From an uncultured Acidimicrobiales bacterium (GTDB lineage: Bacteria > Actinomycetota > Acidimicrobiia > Acidimicrobiales > SZUA-35), in contig CALGOA010000050.1 of assembly GCA_937958015.1 (NCBI GenBank), positions 221 to 64,220 of the forward strand: a stretch of 64,000 nt of DNA, in the 5' to 3' direction. Both the position numbers and the translations under genes were made by a program. A model generated the notes under the pieces. It searched no databases. It was given only the letters and a program-made list of their open reading frames with translations, and was not told the DNA's origin. Positions 29,964-39,847 of this stretch are shown here, in pieces (the first letter of the stretch is position 1; every line of letters starts with the position of its first letter).

Positions 29964-30563
29964 CTAGAGCAGGTTGCGCCGGCGAGCTTCGGATATGGCG
30001 CTGGTCCGGTCTGTGGCGCCGAGCCGGTGGTACAGCTGATTGAGCTGCCGGTAGAGCGATCGCTCCGAATACCCGGCGATCGGGGCGAGTTGCCCAATCG
30101 TGAGCCCGTCGTCGAGGTGTGTGAGCCACTGCCGTTCAGCGTCGCTGATACCGGTGCTGGCGAAACCGTTCTGCATCACCCAATCGAGCGTCGGGGTTTC
30201 GAGCGCAGAGATTCCTGCGAGGGCCAGTCGAATCGATGCGATCACGAGGTCTTCGTCAGTGTCGATCGGTAACACCGACGTGGCACCTGCGCCCAAAACG
30301 TCGGCAGTGAGGTCAGCATCGCGATAGTCGGTGAGGGCTACGAGCGGCGTGTTCGCAACGTTGGTTGCCGCACATTCTCGCACCTCGCCAACGCCTCGGG
30401 AGGTGCGCACGAGGACGATGTAACAGTCGTGTGATCCGGCCGGGTTCGACGTCTCGGCCAGTGCGGCATGAAGTCCAGCCGTTTCGAACAGCGCCATCAG
30501 GGCAGATCCGATGAGGGGTGCAGAGCAGACGAGACCTATGGACGGTTGTGTCGCCTTGGTCAT
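29964..30563 (-). CDS. Atypical response regulator (degenerate receiver + LuxR-like HTH)
   Basis: C-terminal HTH LTIGQLAPIAGYSERSLYRQL..LY.RLG; receiver-like N-terminus. Confidence 0.75.
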   Translation of the reverse strand: MTKATQPSIGLVCSAPLIGSALMALFETAGLHAALAETSNPAGSHDCYIVLVRTSRGVGEVRECAATNVANTPLVALTDYRDADLTADVLGAGATSVLPIDTDEDLVIASIRLALAGISALETPTLDWVMQNGFASTGISDAERQWLTHLDDGLTIGQLAPIAGYSERSLYRQLNQLYHRLGATDRTSAISEARRRNLL

Positions 30564-30576
30564 ATCTCAAAACGTA

Positions 30577-30608
30577 CCGAGTGCCCGGAGTTATCTCCGG
30601 GCACTCGG
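30577..30608 (-). terminator. Perfect 14-bp stem-loop after the ABC permease
   Basis: ccgagtgcccggag-ttat-ctccgggcactcgg, followed on the minus strand by tacgtttt. Confidence 0.6.
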
Positions 30609-30638
30609 GAATTTCGCTCTCGGCTACCGGTTGGCGAA

Positions 30639-31715
30639 CTAGCTCACATCACGATGGAGGAACGACGCACCGGAGAACAGCAACGCTCCGGCGGCGGCCG
30701 TCGCCAGGAGAAGCCCGGCTGCGAGGTACCCGTGGCCGACCACTCGATCCCAGGTCAATGCGCCTTGGAAGGACTGTTCAAGGATGTACGCCACGTCGGC
30801 ACGAGCGATGAAGGCGTTGGTGTTCTCGCCGAGCGTGATGAACGCCGTCCATCGCCCGGGAGTGTTGATCAGGAACGAGCCACCTATAAAGGCGACCAGC
30901 ACCCCGACCACGCCAGCCACGGTATTTCGGGCCAGCAGGGCGAGTCCACCGCCGATGATCGCCATCATGGCCGCCATCGCTGCGGTTCGGAAAGTAACTC
31001 CGATGACGTCCATCCAGAACGCTCCGTCTGCAACGCCGAAGTCACCCCGCCAGATCGCACTCGGTGTCACCGCAGCAACGTAGAGGCTCGTGAACAGCAT
31101 CGATCCGGCGGCCGACACGGCTCCAATGGCGGCGAACTTCCCGCCGATCAGTCGACGGCGATTTGGAATGCGAACCATCTGGCTTTCAATGATTCCCGAG
31201 CGCCAGTCTGCGCCAACGTAGGTGGCGCCGAGCACGGCAGCCAGAAGGCTCAGGGCAGTCGCAAACGACACCAGTCCTCCACTGAATCCGTAGGACGCTT
31301 GCTGAACCGGCAGGATGACCGGTTCTTCTTCGGCCGACTCCTGCACCTTGTAGACATCGCCCCGTTCCTGGATCGAGGCGGTGATCTCGGTCCACGATTG
31401 TCCGTCCTGGCCCACCGCCAGGATCTGGTTCATGTGGAACTTGGGATCGTCGACGTACCACAGCGGGTCGCTGAAGCAGGTGGTCGCAATGTCGGCAGCA
31501 GCGATGCCGGAGTCCGGTTCGCTGGCCCAACTCATACAACCGGCGGTGTTTTCGGCTGCAAGTCGTCGTGCGGCTGCCATGTCGGGAGCTGCGTTGGTAT
31601 GGCTGAGGAACGTGGTGCCGCCAATGGCGAACAGTCCCAGAGTGAGGACGCCGGCCGCCACTTTCGTGGCGCGGCGGGAAGTGATTCGCTCGACTTCTGA
31701 GCGGAAGACGGTCAT
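30639..31715 (-). CDS. ABC-2 transporter permease
   Basis: GADWRSG....PNR...GKF motif, multiple TMs, extracellular loop with 2 Cys; ATGA overlap with the ATPase. Confidence 0.82.
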   Translation of the reverse strand: MTVFRSEVERITSRRATKVAAGVLTLGLFAIGGTTFLSHTNAAPDMAAARRLAAENTAGCMSWASEPDSGIAAADIATTCFSDPLWYVDDPKFHMNQILAVGQDGQSWTEITASIQERGDVYKVQESAEEEPVILPVQQASYGFSGGLVSFATALSLLAAVLGATYVGADWRSGIIESQMVRIPNRRRLIGGKFAAIGAVSAAGSMLFTSLYVAAVTPSAIWRGDFGVADGAFWMDVIGVTFRTAAMAAMMAIIGGGLALLARNTVAGVVGVLVAFIGGSFLINTPGRWTAFITLGENTNAFIARADVAYILEQSFQGALTWDRVVGHGYLAAGLLLATAAAGALLFSGASFLHRDVS

Positions 31716-32674
31716 TGCATTTCCTTGATTTTGACGCCGGCAGCGCCGGATGGGGTTTGGTTGGTGGTCATTGTGAGGAACGCTTCCTCGAGGCTGAGTT
31801 CGTCAGCGGTGATCGAGGTGGCGAAGAGCCCCTCGTGGGCGAGAACCCGATTGACGTCGGCGGGAGTTGCCGAGCCCTGAATCTGAACGACGATCGCAGA
31901 GCCGTCCAGAGTTGGCATGGCGGTGAGTCCAGCTCGTTCGAGGGTGGCGAGTGCTACCTGGTGGTCGTCGATCTTGACGAGAATTCGATTCCCGGCCGCG
32001 GCACCTACGATTTCCTTGACCGATCCCTGGGCGATCACCCGACCATCTCGGAAGATGATCACTCGATCGCAGATCTGCTGGATCTCGTGGAGTTGATGGC
32101 TGGACACCAGGACGGTTCGTCCTTCCGAAGCGAGTTGGCGAACCAGACGACGAACGTCAGCCATGCCGGCCGGGTCGAGGCCGTTGGTTGGTTCGTCAAG
32201 GATCACGAGCTCGGGATTGTTCAACATCGCTGACGCGATGCCGAGCCGCTGGCTCATTCCGAGTGAGTAGGAAGACACCGGATCATCAGCCCGATCGGTC
32301 ATTTCGACCAGAGCCAAGACGTCATCGATACGGGAGCGCTCGACGTCGGCCAGCGAGGCGAACAGCTCAAGGTTCTTTCGACCCGACAGGGCCGGAGAGA
32401 ACTTCGGTCCTTCGACGAGGGCGCCCACTCGGCCGATAACGGTGCTCAGATTGGAGACATCCTGGCCGAGAACCGTGACCGTTCCAGCGGTTGGCTTGAC
32501 GAGGCCCAAGAGACTGCGGATAGTCGTGGTCTTGCCCGATCCATTCGGGCCGAGGAGGCCGTACACGCCGGGGCCGGATATTTCGAAGTCGACGCCGTCG
32601 AGGGCGACGGTCGTGCGGCCCCTCAGGCTGCGATATTCCTTCCGCAACCCCTGCACTGTGATGACTGCTGCCAT
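31712..32674 (-). CDS. ABC transporter ATP-binding protein (BcrA-like)
   Basis: GPNGSGKTT, YSLGMSQRL, ILDEPTNGLD, SSH; RBS aaagga before ATG 32674. Confidence 0.92.
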   Translation of the reverse strand: MAAVITVQGLRKEYRSLRGRTTVALDGVDFEISGPGVYGLLGPNGSGKTTTIRSLLGLVKPTAGTVTVLGQDVSNLSTVIGRVGALVEGPKFSPALSGRKNLELFASLADVERSRIDDVLALVEMTDRADDPVSSYSLGMSQRLGIASAMLNNPELVILDEPTNGLDPAGMADVRRLVRQLASEGRTVLVSSHQLHEIQQICDRVIIFRDGRVIAQGSVKEIVGAAAGNRILVKIDDHQVALATLERAGLTAMPTLDGSAIVVQIQGSATPADVNRVLAHEGLFATSITADELSLEEAFLTMTTNQTPSGAAGVKIKEMQ

Positions 32675-32749
32675 CTTGATTCCTTTGTTCTGGGCCAACA
32701 CGTCATCAGCCACTGGGAGAACTATCGAACCGTTTCCCGGCGCAGGCAA

Positions 32750-32786
32750 TGACAAGTGACTGACAGTCACTGACAGTGTTTTGGCA
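32750..32786. promoter_or_regulatory. Helically phased TG(A/G)CA repeats upstream of the ABC operon (candidate operator)
   Basis: TGACA at 32750, 32761 and 32771, TGGCA at 32782 (spacing 11/10/11); contains the palindrome agtgactg-a-cagtcact. Confidence 0.55.
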
Positions 32787-32854
32787 GGCGTTTCGACGAC
32801 TGCGGTACCCGAGGATCGGATGTGCCTTCAGGTGTGGCATCGTCTGGGTTGCGC

Positions 32855-32878
32855 GATACGAACACGTGTTCGTATCAT
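32855..32878 (+). promoter_or_regulatory. LexA (SOS) box overlapping the -10 of the leaderless imuA' promoter
   Basis: 22-bp perfect palindrome gatacGAACacgtGTTCgtatc; TATCAT at 32873-32878, 6 nt before ATG. Confidence 0.9.
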
Positions 32879-32884
32879 CGGGGG

Positions 32885-33595
32885 ATGAGCGGGCAGACAT
32901 CCGGTTTGGCGACCATCGACCCCAGCGTGCTGGAGGCGGTCAGGCCCACAACCCTTAGCAAAGAGCAACTTCTCGACGTGCCCGAAGTGCTTCAGCCCCT
33001 CTTTCCGTGGAAGGGGTTGCAGCGGGGGTGGTCGGTTGGTGTGTCCGGGGGCGGAGCGTGGATGTTAACCGCCGCCATGTTGGCACCGTCGCTGGGGGAG
33101 GAGGGCTGGATGGCGGTGGTGGGTGCTCCGTTGATCAACCTGGCTGCTGCGGCCGAGGTCGGGTTGCGTATGGACCGGGTGTTGGTGGTCGATACCCCTC
33201 CCGCGGGGCAGTGGGGGACGGTGATCGCATCGTTGCTCGAGGCGGTGCAGGCCGTGGTGATCGAACCGGCAACGAGGATTGGCGCCCGGGATGCCCGAAG
33301 GATCGGGGCCCGATTGCGGGAGCAGCGGGGAACGTTGGTGCATCTCGATGGGGGATCGTCGTGGCCGAGTTCGCTCGACATGGGACTTACCTGCGTTACC
33401 GACGAGTGGCAGGGCATCGGCGAAGGTCACGGGTATCTGCGCTATCGGCGGGTGTCGGTATCGGCGGTTGGGCGTCGCTCAGCATCTCGACCTCGATCGG
33501 TGTCGTTGTGGATGCCGGGTCCCGATGGGCCTCTCACCACCGCAGAACCGGTGGAGGAGTTGGCAACCGTTCGCCAGCTTCGTCCGGTCTCGTGA
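32885..33595 (+). CDS. imuA: ImuA'-like RecA-fold mutasome accessory protein
   Basis: L.PLFP..GL.RG, W.AVVG.P, AAAE.G...DR, ARR..ARLR....L, W.G.G.G.G; SOS box; upstream of imuB. Confidence 0.82.
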   Translation: MSGQTSGLATIDPSVLEAVRPTTLSKEQLLDVPEVLQPLFPWKGLQRGWSVGVSGGGAWMLTAAMLAPSLGEEGWMAVVGAPLINLAAAAEVGLRMDRVLVVDTPPAGQWGTVIASLLEAVQAVVIEPATRIGARDARRIGARLREQRGTLVHLDGGSSWPSSLDMGLTCVTDEWQGIGEGHGYLRYRRVSVSAVGRRSASRPRSVSLWMPGPDGPLTTAEPVEELATVRQLRPVS

Positions 33596-35406
33596 CTCCC
33601 GAAGAGGTGCTCGCCACCGGACACCCCTCCACCCAACACCTTCAATCGAGCGCAGGCGAGCGAAGGCATGTTGAGCGAAGGCGTCCTGCTGCGGAGGGAC
33701 GGAGCAGCCTAGAGGGCTCTATGGGCTTGATTGAGCGAAGCGAGACCGGAGCGACCCGGGAGCGAGGAACGAGCGGAGGCGAGCGAAGGCATGTAACCGC
33801 AACACGTTATGTAACGGTCCTCTGTCCCGACTGGCCCGTGGTGGCATGGGGGATCCCGTTGGAGGAGCCGGCGGCGGTGTTCGTCGCTAACCGGGTAGTG
33901 GCATGTAGTCCTGGTGCTCGTCGCGATGGAGTGGCGGTGGGGCAGCGTCGGCGAGACGCCCAGGGTCGATGCCCTGATCTCGCCATTCTTGAACAGGACA
34001 TCGACCGTGAGGCCCGCCTCTTCGAACCGGTTGCGGGTGCGCTCACCGACATCACTCCCGAGGTTGAAGTGTCGGGACCCGGTGTCGTCGGCTTCCCGAC
34101 GTTGGGTCCTTCCAAGTTCTTCGGCGGTGATGTCGCCCTGTCGGAGAAGATCGCCGAGACCCTTGCCCCGATCCTCGGTGATCGGGGGAACCTGTATCTC
34201 GGTATCGCCGATGGGATGTTCGGATCCCGGCTCGCCGCAAAGACATCGGCCCAGGTGGGCGAGTTCGCAGGAGAGTCGACGCCGATCATCGTCGATGCCG
34301 GTGGGAGCGCAGGATTCCTCGCCGGGTTTGGTGTGTCGGAACTGGAGTTGCCGGATCTGGCCGATGTCCTGATGCGTTTGGGGCTGCGGACGCTTGGTGA
34401 CTTTGCAGCACTTCATCAGAACGATGTGGTCGACCGGTTCGGGGCCGAAGGGCGGTTGGCTCACCGGTTGGCGAAGGGGATCGACCAGTTCCCACCCAAC
34501 CTTCGCAAACCCGCAGCCGACCTTGCTGCCACGTGGTGGTTCGACCCTCCGACCGAACGGATCGACACCTGCGCGTTTGCGGCCAAAGCTCTGGCCGACG
34601 AATTGAATCGATCGTTGAACGATCGGGGCCTGGCCTGCATTCGGGTGGCGATCGAGGCCGAGACCGAAAACGGCGAGGAGTTCAGCCGGTTGTGGCGTCA
34701 TGAGGGCACATTGTCCGCTGCTGCATTGGCCGAACGGGCCCGGTGGCAGATGGATGGATGGTTGCATCAGGCTCGAATGGGGCATGCGTCGGCGGGAAAC
34801 AATCCCGATGCGGGCGTGGGTTCGGCTATCGCCCGACTGTCGCTGATCCCCGATGAAGTTGTTCCCGCCACCGGCCGTCAGTTGGGGTTCTGGGGTGGCC
34901 GGGCCGAACGGGCCGACGATGTGTCGCGGGCCGTGGCTCGCATTCAGGGAATCCTTGGGGCCGAGTCGGTGCGGGTACCCGAATGGAGTGGTGGGAGGGG
35001 TCCGGCCGAACAGATCCGGTTGATCCCGGCCGCTGCGGTGGACCTTGGCGAACCTCGTGACGGTGCGGATCCCAACCACATCGCACAACCCTGGCCGGGT
35101 CAGATTCCGCCGCCATCACCAAGTCAGATCGGTTCCGAATGGGGTCGTATTGACCTTCTCTCCAATCGTGGTGAACCGGTGGCGGTCACGGGTAGGGGAG
35201 AGTTGGTCGGTTCCCCCCAGTTGATGGTGATCGGTGGCGATGAGGTGGAGGTCGACCGATGGGCAGGTCCCTGGCCGGCCGATGAACGCTGGTGGGATCC
35301 CGCCGCCCACCGCCGTCGGGCTCGTATGCAGGTGGTTCTTGAAGACGGGACCGCACACCTGTTGGTCACCGAACAACAGCAGTGGACAATCGAAGCCACC
35401 TACTAA
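33592..35406 (+). CDS. imuB: ImuB, inactive Y-family DNA polymerase
   Basis: CPDWP, VVACS..AR..GV..GQRRR.AQ.RCP, LGLRTLGDFA, clamp motif QLGFW, WAGPWP.DERWWD, EATY. Start at GTG 33592 (GTGA overlap) or ATG 33721. Confidence 0.9.
   Translation: MTPEEVLATGHPSTQHLQSSAGERRHVERRRPAAEGRSSLEGSMGLIERSETGATRERGTSGGERRHVTATRYVTVLCPDWPVVAWGIPLEEPAAVFVANRVVACSPGARRDGVAVGQRRRDAQGRCPDLAILEQDIDREARLFEPVAGALTDITPEVEVSGPGVVGFPTLGPSKFFGGDVALSEKIAETLAPILGDRGNLYLGIADGMFGSRLAAKTSAQVGEFAGESTPIIVDAGGSAGFLAGFGVSELELPDLADVLMRLGLRTLGDFAALHQNDVVDRFGAEGRLAHRLAKGIDQFPPNLRKPAADLAATWWFDPPTERIDTCAFAAKALADELNRSLNDRGLACIRVAIEAETENGEEFSRLWRHEGTLSAAALAERARWQMDGWLHQARMGHASAGNNPDAGVGSAIARLSLIPDEVVPATGRQLGFWGGRAERADDVSRAVARIQGILGAESVRVPEWSGGRGPAEQIRLIPAAAVDLGEPRDGADPNHIAQPWPGQIPPPSPSQIGSEWGRIDLLSNRGEPVAVTGRGELVGSPQLMVIGGDEVEVDRWAGPWPADERWWDPAAHRRRARMQVVLEDGTAHLLVTEQQQWTIEATY
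33647..33794 (+). repeat. MIRU/REP-like repeats in the imuB 5' region
   Basis: 25-bp direct repeat cgagcg(c/g)aggcgagcgaaggcatgt at 33647 and 33770 (123 bp apart); 33751-33784 matches 47679-47712 at 32/34. Confidence 0.8.
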
Positions 35407-35512
35407 CCCCCTTCCTCACACGTCTCGTGCCCTGGCGGGCGCCACCTGAATCTGATTCGTTTCGGGAGGGTGGGTGCTTGCCAAGGCTCACCGGGTAGGT
35501 CACAGTCGAGGT

Positions 35513-36448
35513 ATGAGCATCATCCACGTGGATCGACCGTTCGGCGAACTTGAGATCGAAGGCCATGAGATTGTGGGTCCGGGCGATGAGCGGCTTGACG
35601 AGGCGGTGATCGCCATCGTGGGCGGAGTCGAATGGGATGCGGCCCGGTTCGATCGTGCCCCGCGTCTGATCGGTTTGTGCCGCACCGGAATCGGTGTGGA
35701 CGCTGTGGACCTTGCCGAAGCCACGCGCCGGGGAATCGCCGTGACCAACACACCCGATGGGCCCACCGTGTCGACGGCCGAACATGCGATCGCATTGATG
35801 TTCGCCGTCACCAAAACCCTTGGTCCCCATGCCGCCCGGCTTCGAGAGGCGACCGGCGGGTACGCGGCAGCCAGCACGGCCCTGGAGTTGGACGGCCTGA
35901 CGCTTGGTCTTCTTGGTTATGGCCGCATCGCAAGCCGAGTGGCACGAATCGCCCACGGCATTGGCATGCGGGTGCTGGCCTACGACCCGTTCGTGTGGTC
36001 AACCGAGGACGAGACCGAACTGGTCGAGTGGGACCAGGTCCTGGCCGAGAGCCACGTCCTCTCACTGCATGCACCACTTGCTCCCGACACCACCGGCATT
36101 CTGAACGACGACTCGATCGCGCAGTGCCGTGAGGGGGTCGTGGTGATCAACTGCGCCCGGGGCGGACTGGTCGACCACGATGCGTTGGTTCGAGGATTGG
36201 ATTCCGGACACATCTGGGCCGCTGGTCTCGACGTCACCGAACCCGAACCACTCCCGGCCGACGATCCGTTGCTGCACCGGCCGAATGTGATCGTGACACC
36301 ACACATCGCATCATCCACCGTGATCGGGCGCCAACGCATGCTGGACCAGAGCATCGAACAAGCAGGCATGATCCTGAACGGCCTGAAGCCGACCAACCTT
36401 GTGAACACCGACCTGTTGTCGCCGCACTGGAACGACCTAGAGGCGTAA
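35513..36448 (+). CDS. D-isomer-specific 2-hydroxyacid dehydrogenase (SerA-like)
   Basis: GIGVD.VDL, AEH, GYGRIA, INCARG, GLDVT..EP, TPHIA. Confidence 0.9.
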   Translation: MSIIHVDRPFGELEIEGHEIVGPGDERLDEAVIAIVGGVEWDAARFDRAPRLIGLCRTGIGVDAVDLAEATRRGIAVTNTPDGPTVSTAEHAIALMFAVTKTLGPHAARLREATGGYAAASTALELDGLTLGLLGYGRIASRVARIAHGIGMRVLAYDPFVWSTEDETELVEWDQVLAESHVLSLHAPLAPDTTGILNDDSIAQCREGVVVINCARGGLVDHDALVRGLDSGHIWAAGLDVTEPEPLPADDPLLHRPNVIVTPHIASSTVIGRQRMLDQSIEQAGMILNGLKPTNLVNTDLLSPHWNDLEA

Positions 36449-36530
36449 CACTAGGGACAGGCTCCCGCGTTACACCTCCACCGCTTCGCCCGGCGGTAAA
36501 CGTAACGGCGGAGCCTGTCCCTTTTGTTAC
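36445..36530. repeat. Long inverted repeat between convergent genes (bidirectional terminator or REP-like element)
   Basis: 29-bp arms gtaacactagggacaggctcccgcgttac / gtaacggcggagcctgtcccttttgttac, including both TAA stops; inner accgc/gcggt stem. Confidence 0.8.
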
Positions 36531-37489
36531 TCGCCGTTGAGTCGGGCGACCAGTTCTGGTGTCAGCGCCTCGACGACCTCGATCGCTTCCATGTTCTCGA
36601 CCACTTGGCTGGAGCGGCTCGCTCCGGTGATGACCGACGAGACGTTCGGGTTGGCGGCGCACCATGCCAGCGCAAGCTGAGCCGGTGTGCAGTCGAGTTC
36701 CTTCGCAACCTCGACCACCCGTTTGATCGTGGCGACGGCCTCCTCTTCTTCGAGGCGGTCCTTCAGGTAGCCATGGCCCTTGAGGGTGGCGCGACTGTCG
36801 TCGGGGATGCCGTCGAGGTACTTGCCGGTCAGCAGCCCGCCAGCCAGGGGGCTCCAGATGGTCGTGCCCAATCCAATATCCTCGTAGAGGCGCTTGAACT
36901 CGGTCTCGACCTTGTCGCGGTTGAGCATGTTGTATTCGGGCTGCTCCATGACCGGCTTGTGCAGATGGTGACGCTCGGCGATCTCGTACGCGGCGCGGAT
37001 CTCATCAGCGGTCCACTCGGACGTGCCCCAGTAGAGCGCCTTGCCCTGGTTGATCATGTCGTGCATCGCGTACACGGTCTCTTCGATCGGTGTATCGGGG
37101 TCAGCTCGATGGCAGTAGACCAGGTCGACATAGTCGAGTTGCAACCGCTCGAGGGAACGATCGATGGCGTTCATCAGGTACTTGCGGTTGAGGGTGAAGT
37201 GGTTGTTGACGTCGTCGGAGATGCCCCAGAAGAACTTGGTGCTGATGACGTAGGTCTCGCGGGCCCAGCCGAACTCCTGCAGGGCCTGACCCATCAGGGT
37301 CTCCGATTCGCCTTTGGCGTAAACCTCGGCGTTGTCGAAGAAGTTGCACCCTCCGTCGCGCGCTGCACTCATCGACTCGGTAACGGCGTCGAGTCCCTGC
37401 TGGCCGCCGAAGGTCACCCACGACCCGTACGACAGCGTGCTTACCTTCAGCCCGCTCCGACCCAACCTGCGATATGTCATTTCAGCCAT
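36527..37489 (-). CDS. Aldo/keto reductase (Kv-beta-like)
   Basis: [12 protein letters not shown]...[35 protein letters not shown]. Confidence 0.92.
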   Translation of the reverse strand: MAEMTYRRLGRSGLKVSTLSYGSWVTFGGQQGLDAVTESMSAARDGGCNFFDNAEVYAKGESETLMGQALQEFGWARETYVISTKFFWGISDDVNNHFTLNRKYLMNAIDRSLERLQLDYVDLVYCHRADPDTPIEETVYAMHDMINQGKALYWGTSEWTADEIRAAYEIAERHHLHKPVMEQPEYNMLNRDKVETEFKRLYEDIGLGTTIWSPLAGGLLTGKYLDGIPDDSRATLKGHGYLKDRLEEEEAVATIKRVVEVAKELDCTPAQLALAWCAANPNVSSVITGASRSSQVVENMEAIEVVEALTPELVARLNGE

Positions 37490-37548
37490 GAAGGCACGCT
37501 ACCGGCTGCATCGAAAGGGACAGGCATCGTCGTGGCACCCGTTTTGGG

Positions 37549-38637
37549 TCAATCGAACATGATCACCTGGCGGGCAACCGTGCCCGTCTTGAGGTTGTCG
37601 AAGCCTTCGTTGATCTGATCCAACGAGAGGGTGCCGCTGATCATCTCGTCCAGTTTGAGACGCCCGTCGAGATACATATCGACATATCGCGGCATGTCGG
37701 TCCGGAACTGGGTGCTGCCCATGTTCGACCCGGTCAGCGTCTTTTCGTTGGTGAGCTCCACCCCGTGAATCTCGACCATCGTGCCCAGGGGGATCAGTCC
37801 GATGACCGTGGCCTGACCGCCGACCCGCAACATCTTGAATGCCTGCTCGGCCGTGGCCTTCAAGCCCACCGCCTCGAAGGTAAACCGAGCCCCACCGTCG
37901 GTGATCCGCTTCACGGCCTTCACCGGATCCTCGTCCGATGCGTTTACGACGTGCGTTGCGCCAAGAGTCTGGGCCAGCTCGAGCTTCGACGAATGCATGT
38001 CGACCGCGATCACACGGTTGGCTCCGGCGATGCGGGCCCCCTGGATCGCAGAGAGACCGATGCCGCCACATCCGATAACGACCACGTCGGAGCCGGGGTC
38101 GACTCGGGCGGTGCGAAAGACGGCTCCGAGTCCGGTGGTAACCCCGCAACCGATGAGCGCGGCCTTCTCCAGTGGCATGTCTTTGCGGATCTTCACCAGC
38201 GCGTGTTCGTGAACCAGTAGTTTCTCGGCAAACGAGGAGCAGTGCAGAAACTGGGCGAGATCTTCGTCCCCCCGGGTGAGGCGGGAGTCCTCGTCTGGGT
38301 TGCGAACAAGGTCGGCGCCCTTGCGCTGGCAGCGGGCGGGATGACCACCGAGACAGTCCTCGCAGTGGCCGCAGAAGGCAGCGAGGCAGGTGATCACATG
38401 ATCGCCCGGTTCCACGTAGTTCACCATGCTGCCGACCGCTTCCACGACACCGGCCGACTCGTGGCCAAGCACGGCGGGGACCGCGGTGGTGTAGGTGCCC
38501 TCCATGAAGTGGAGGTCGCTGTGGCAGAGTCCTGCCGCGACCGTGCGAACCAATACTTCGCGCGGCCCGGGGGTGCCTATGGAGACGTCCTGAATTTCCA
38601 GTCGTCCGGGAATCTCGTTGAGAACTGCAGCCTTCAT
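37549..38637 (-). CDS. Zn-dependent alcohol dehydrogenase
   Basis: CHSD, GHE, structural Zn CGHCEDC...C, GCGV.TG, GCGGIG. Confidence 0.92.
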   Translation of the reverse strand: MKAAVLNEIPGRLEIQDVSIGTPGPREVLVRTVAAGLCHSDLHFMEGTYTTAVPAVLGHESAGVVEAVGSMVNYVEPGDHVITCLAAFCGHCEDCLGGHPARCQRKGADLVRNPDEDSRLTRGDEDLAQFLHCSSFAEKLLVHEHALVKIRKDMPLEKAALIGCGVTTGLGAVFRTARVDPGSDVVVIGCGGIGLSAIQGARIAGANRVIAVDMHSSKLELAQTLGATHVVNASDEDPVKAVKRITDGGARFTFEAVGLKATAEQAFKMLRVGGQATVIGLIPLGTMVEIHGVELTNEKTLTGSNMGSTQFRTDMPRYVDMYLDGRLKLDEMISGTLSLDQINEGFDNLKTGTVARQVIMFD

Positions 38638-38671
38638 CGCGCTTGTATATCGCGTTCGTGCCATCGGCGCG

Positions 38672-39847
38672 TCAATCCTCGGTCGGGCGACCGAACTCTT
38701 CCATCGCTCGACGCTGAACCTCGTGCAGCGGCATCCTCAGAATGTGCGCCGCTCGAAGACAGTTGGCCAGTTCGGGTTTGGCCCGATGCGGTCCGATCTT
38801 GATTCGGATCTCCTGGCCCTGAACCACCACGGTCTCGAAGGTTCGTTCGACGGCGAATCGCTCGACGGTGCGTTGACGGATTCCCAGCGAGCCGGTCTCG
38901 GCCATCACGATGGTTCGCAACGACTCGGCGACGTCGGCGGAACAGAGCACGTTGACGGTGTGTGCCGGTCGACCCTTCTTCATCACGATCGGCGCAATCC
39001 ACGCATCGGCAGCGCCCTCGGCCAGGCAACGTTCGACGACCCACGCCAATACCTCTGGCGTGACGTCGTCGACGTTGGTCACCAGTTCGACCATGGGCGT
39101 AGGGACAAACTTCCGCTCGCCAGTATCAACCGTGATCGCGGTCAGCACGTTCGGATGGCTGTCGGGGTCCCGTCCTCCACACCCGCGCCCGACGCCGGTG
39201 ATGACGCCAGCCGCCGGATGAGGACCCTGCTCCGCAGCCATGGAGGTCAGTAGTGCGGCGCCGGTGGGCGTGACGGTTTCCATCTCGGCGCCGTGAAGTG
39301 GACGAGTGCTCCAGCCCTTTAGGAGCTCGACCACAGCAGGAGCGGGCAGTGGCAGACGGCCGTGCGAAGCCATCACCGTGCCGCTGCCCAGACCGAAGGT
39401 GCCGACGGCGACGTTCGGTTCGCCCAGCAGGTGCCATGCGATCCACGAACCAACGATGTCGGCGATTGCATCGAGCCCGCCGACCTCGTGGAAGTGCACC
39501 TCGTCGATGGTGGTGCCGTGGATCGAGGCCTCGGTCTCGCCCAAGCGGCGGAACGTGTGGCGGGCACCGAATTCGACCCCGTCGGGAAGGTTGGCGGTGG
39601 CGATCAGTTGGTCGATCTGACTCCACGCACGATGGACGTGATGATCCTCGTCGGGCATTCGGATCTCGGCCCGGGTGGCGGAGAGTTCATTGCGGAGTTC
39701 GGGCGAGGCTCGAACTTCGAGGCCATCGATTCCCAGCCGACCCAGGTGGTCGTTGAGCAGTTGTTCGTCAACGCCCAGCGCCAGGAAGGCGCCCAGAATC
39801 ATGTCGCCCGAAGCACCGAAGGTCGGGTCGAACCAGAGGTCGTTCAT
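38672..39847 (-). CDS. larC: Nickel pincer cofactor biosynthesis protein LarC
   Basis: GASGDM.LGA, HFHEVG..DAIADI, HG.LP.PAPA, TPTGAA, NVDD.TPE, MKKGRP. Confidence 0.9.
   Translation of the reverse strand: MNDLWFDPTFGASGDMILGAFLALGVDEQLLNDHLGRLGIDGLEVRASPELRNELSATRAEIRMPDEDHHVHRAWSQIDQLIATANLPDGVEFGARHTFRRLGETEASIHGTTIDEVHFHEVGGLDAIADIVGSWIAWHLLGEPNVAVGTFGLGSGTVMASHGRLPLPAPAVVELLKGWSTRPLHGAEMETVTPTGAALLTSMAAEQGPHPAAGVITGVGRGCGGRDPDSHPNVLTAITVDTGERKFVPTPMVELVTNVDDVTPEVLAWVVERCLAEGAADAWIAPIVMKKGRPAHTVNVLCSADVAESLRTIVMAETGSLGIRQRTVERFAVERTFETVVVQGQEIRIKIGPHRAKPELANCLRAAHILRMPLHEVQRRAMEEFGRPTED

Noticed and set aside
30468-31700. Long antisense ORFs (30468..31700 +, 13051..14301 +, 33709..35088 -, 1017..2384 -, 14325..15590 -, 36524..37618 +, 39890..40969 +)
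   Set aside because: Antisense shadows of motif-supported genes, expected in high-GC DNA; no recognisable motifs.
33007-33591. 799-aa ImuB starting at 33007
   Set aside because: The extension overlaps imuA' in another frame and is Gly/Arg-rich shadow translation; GTG 33592 or ATG 33721 is more plausible.
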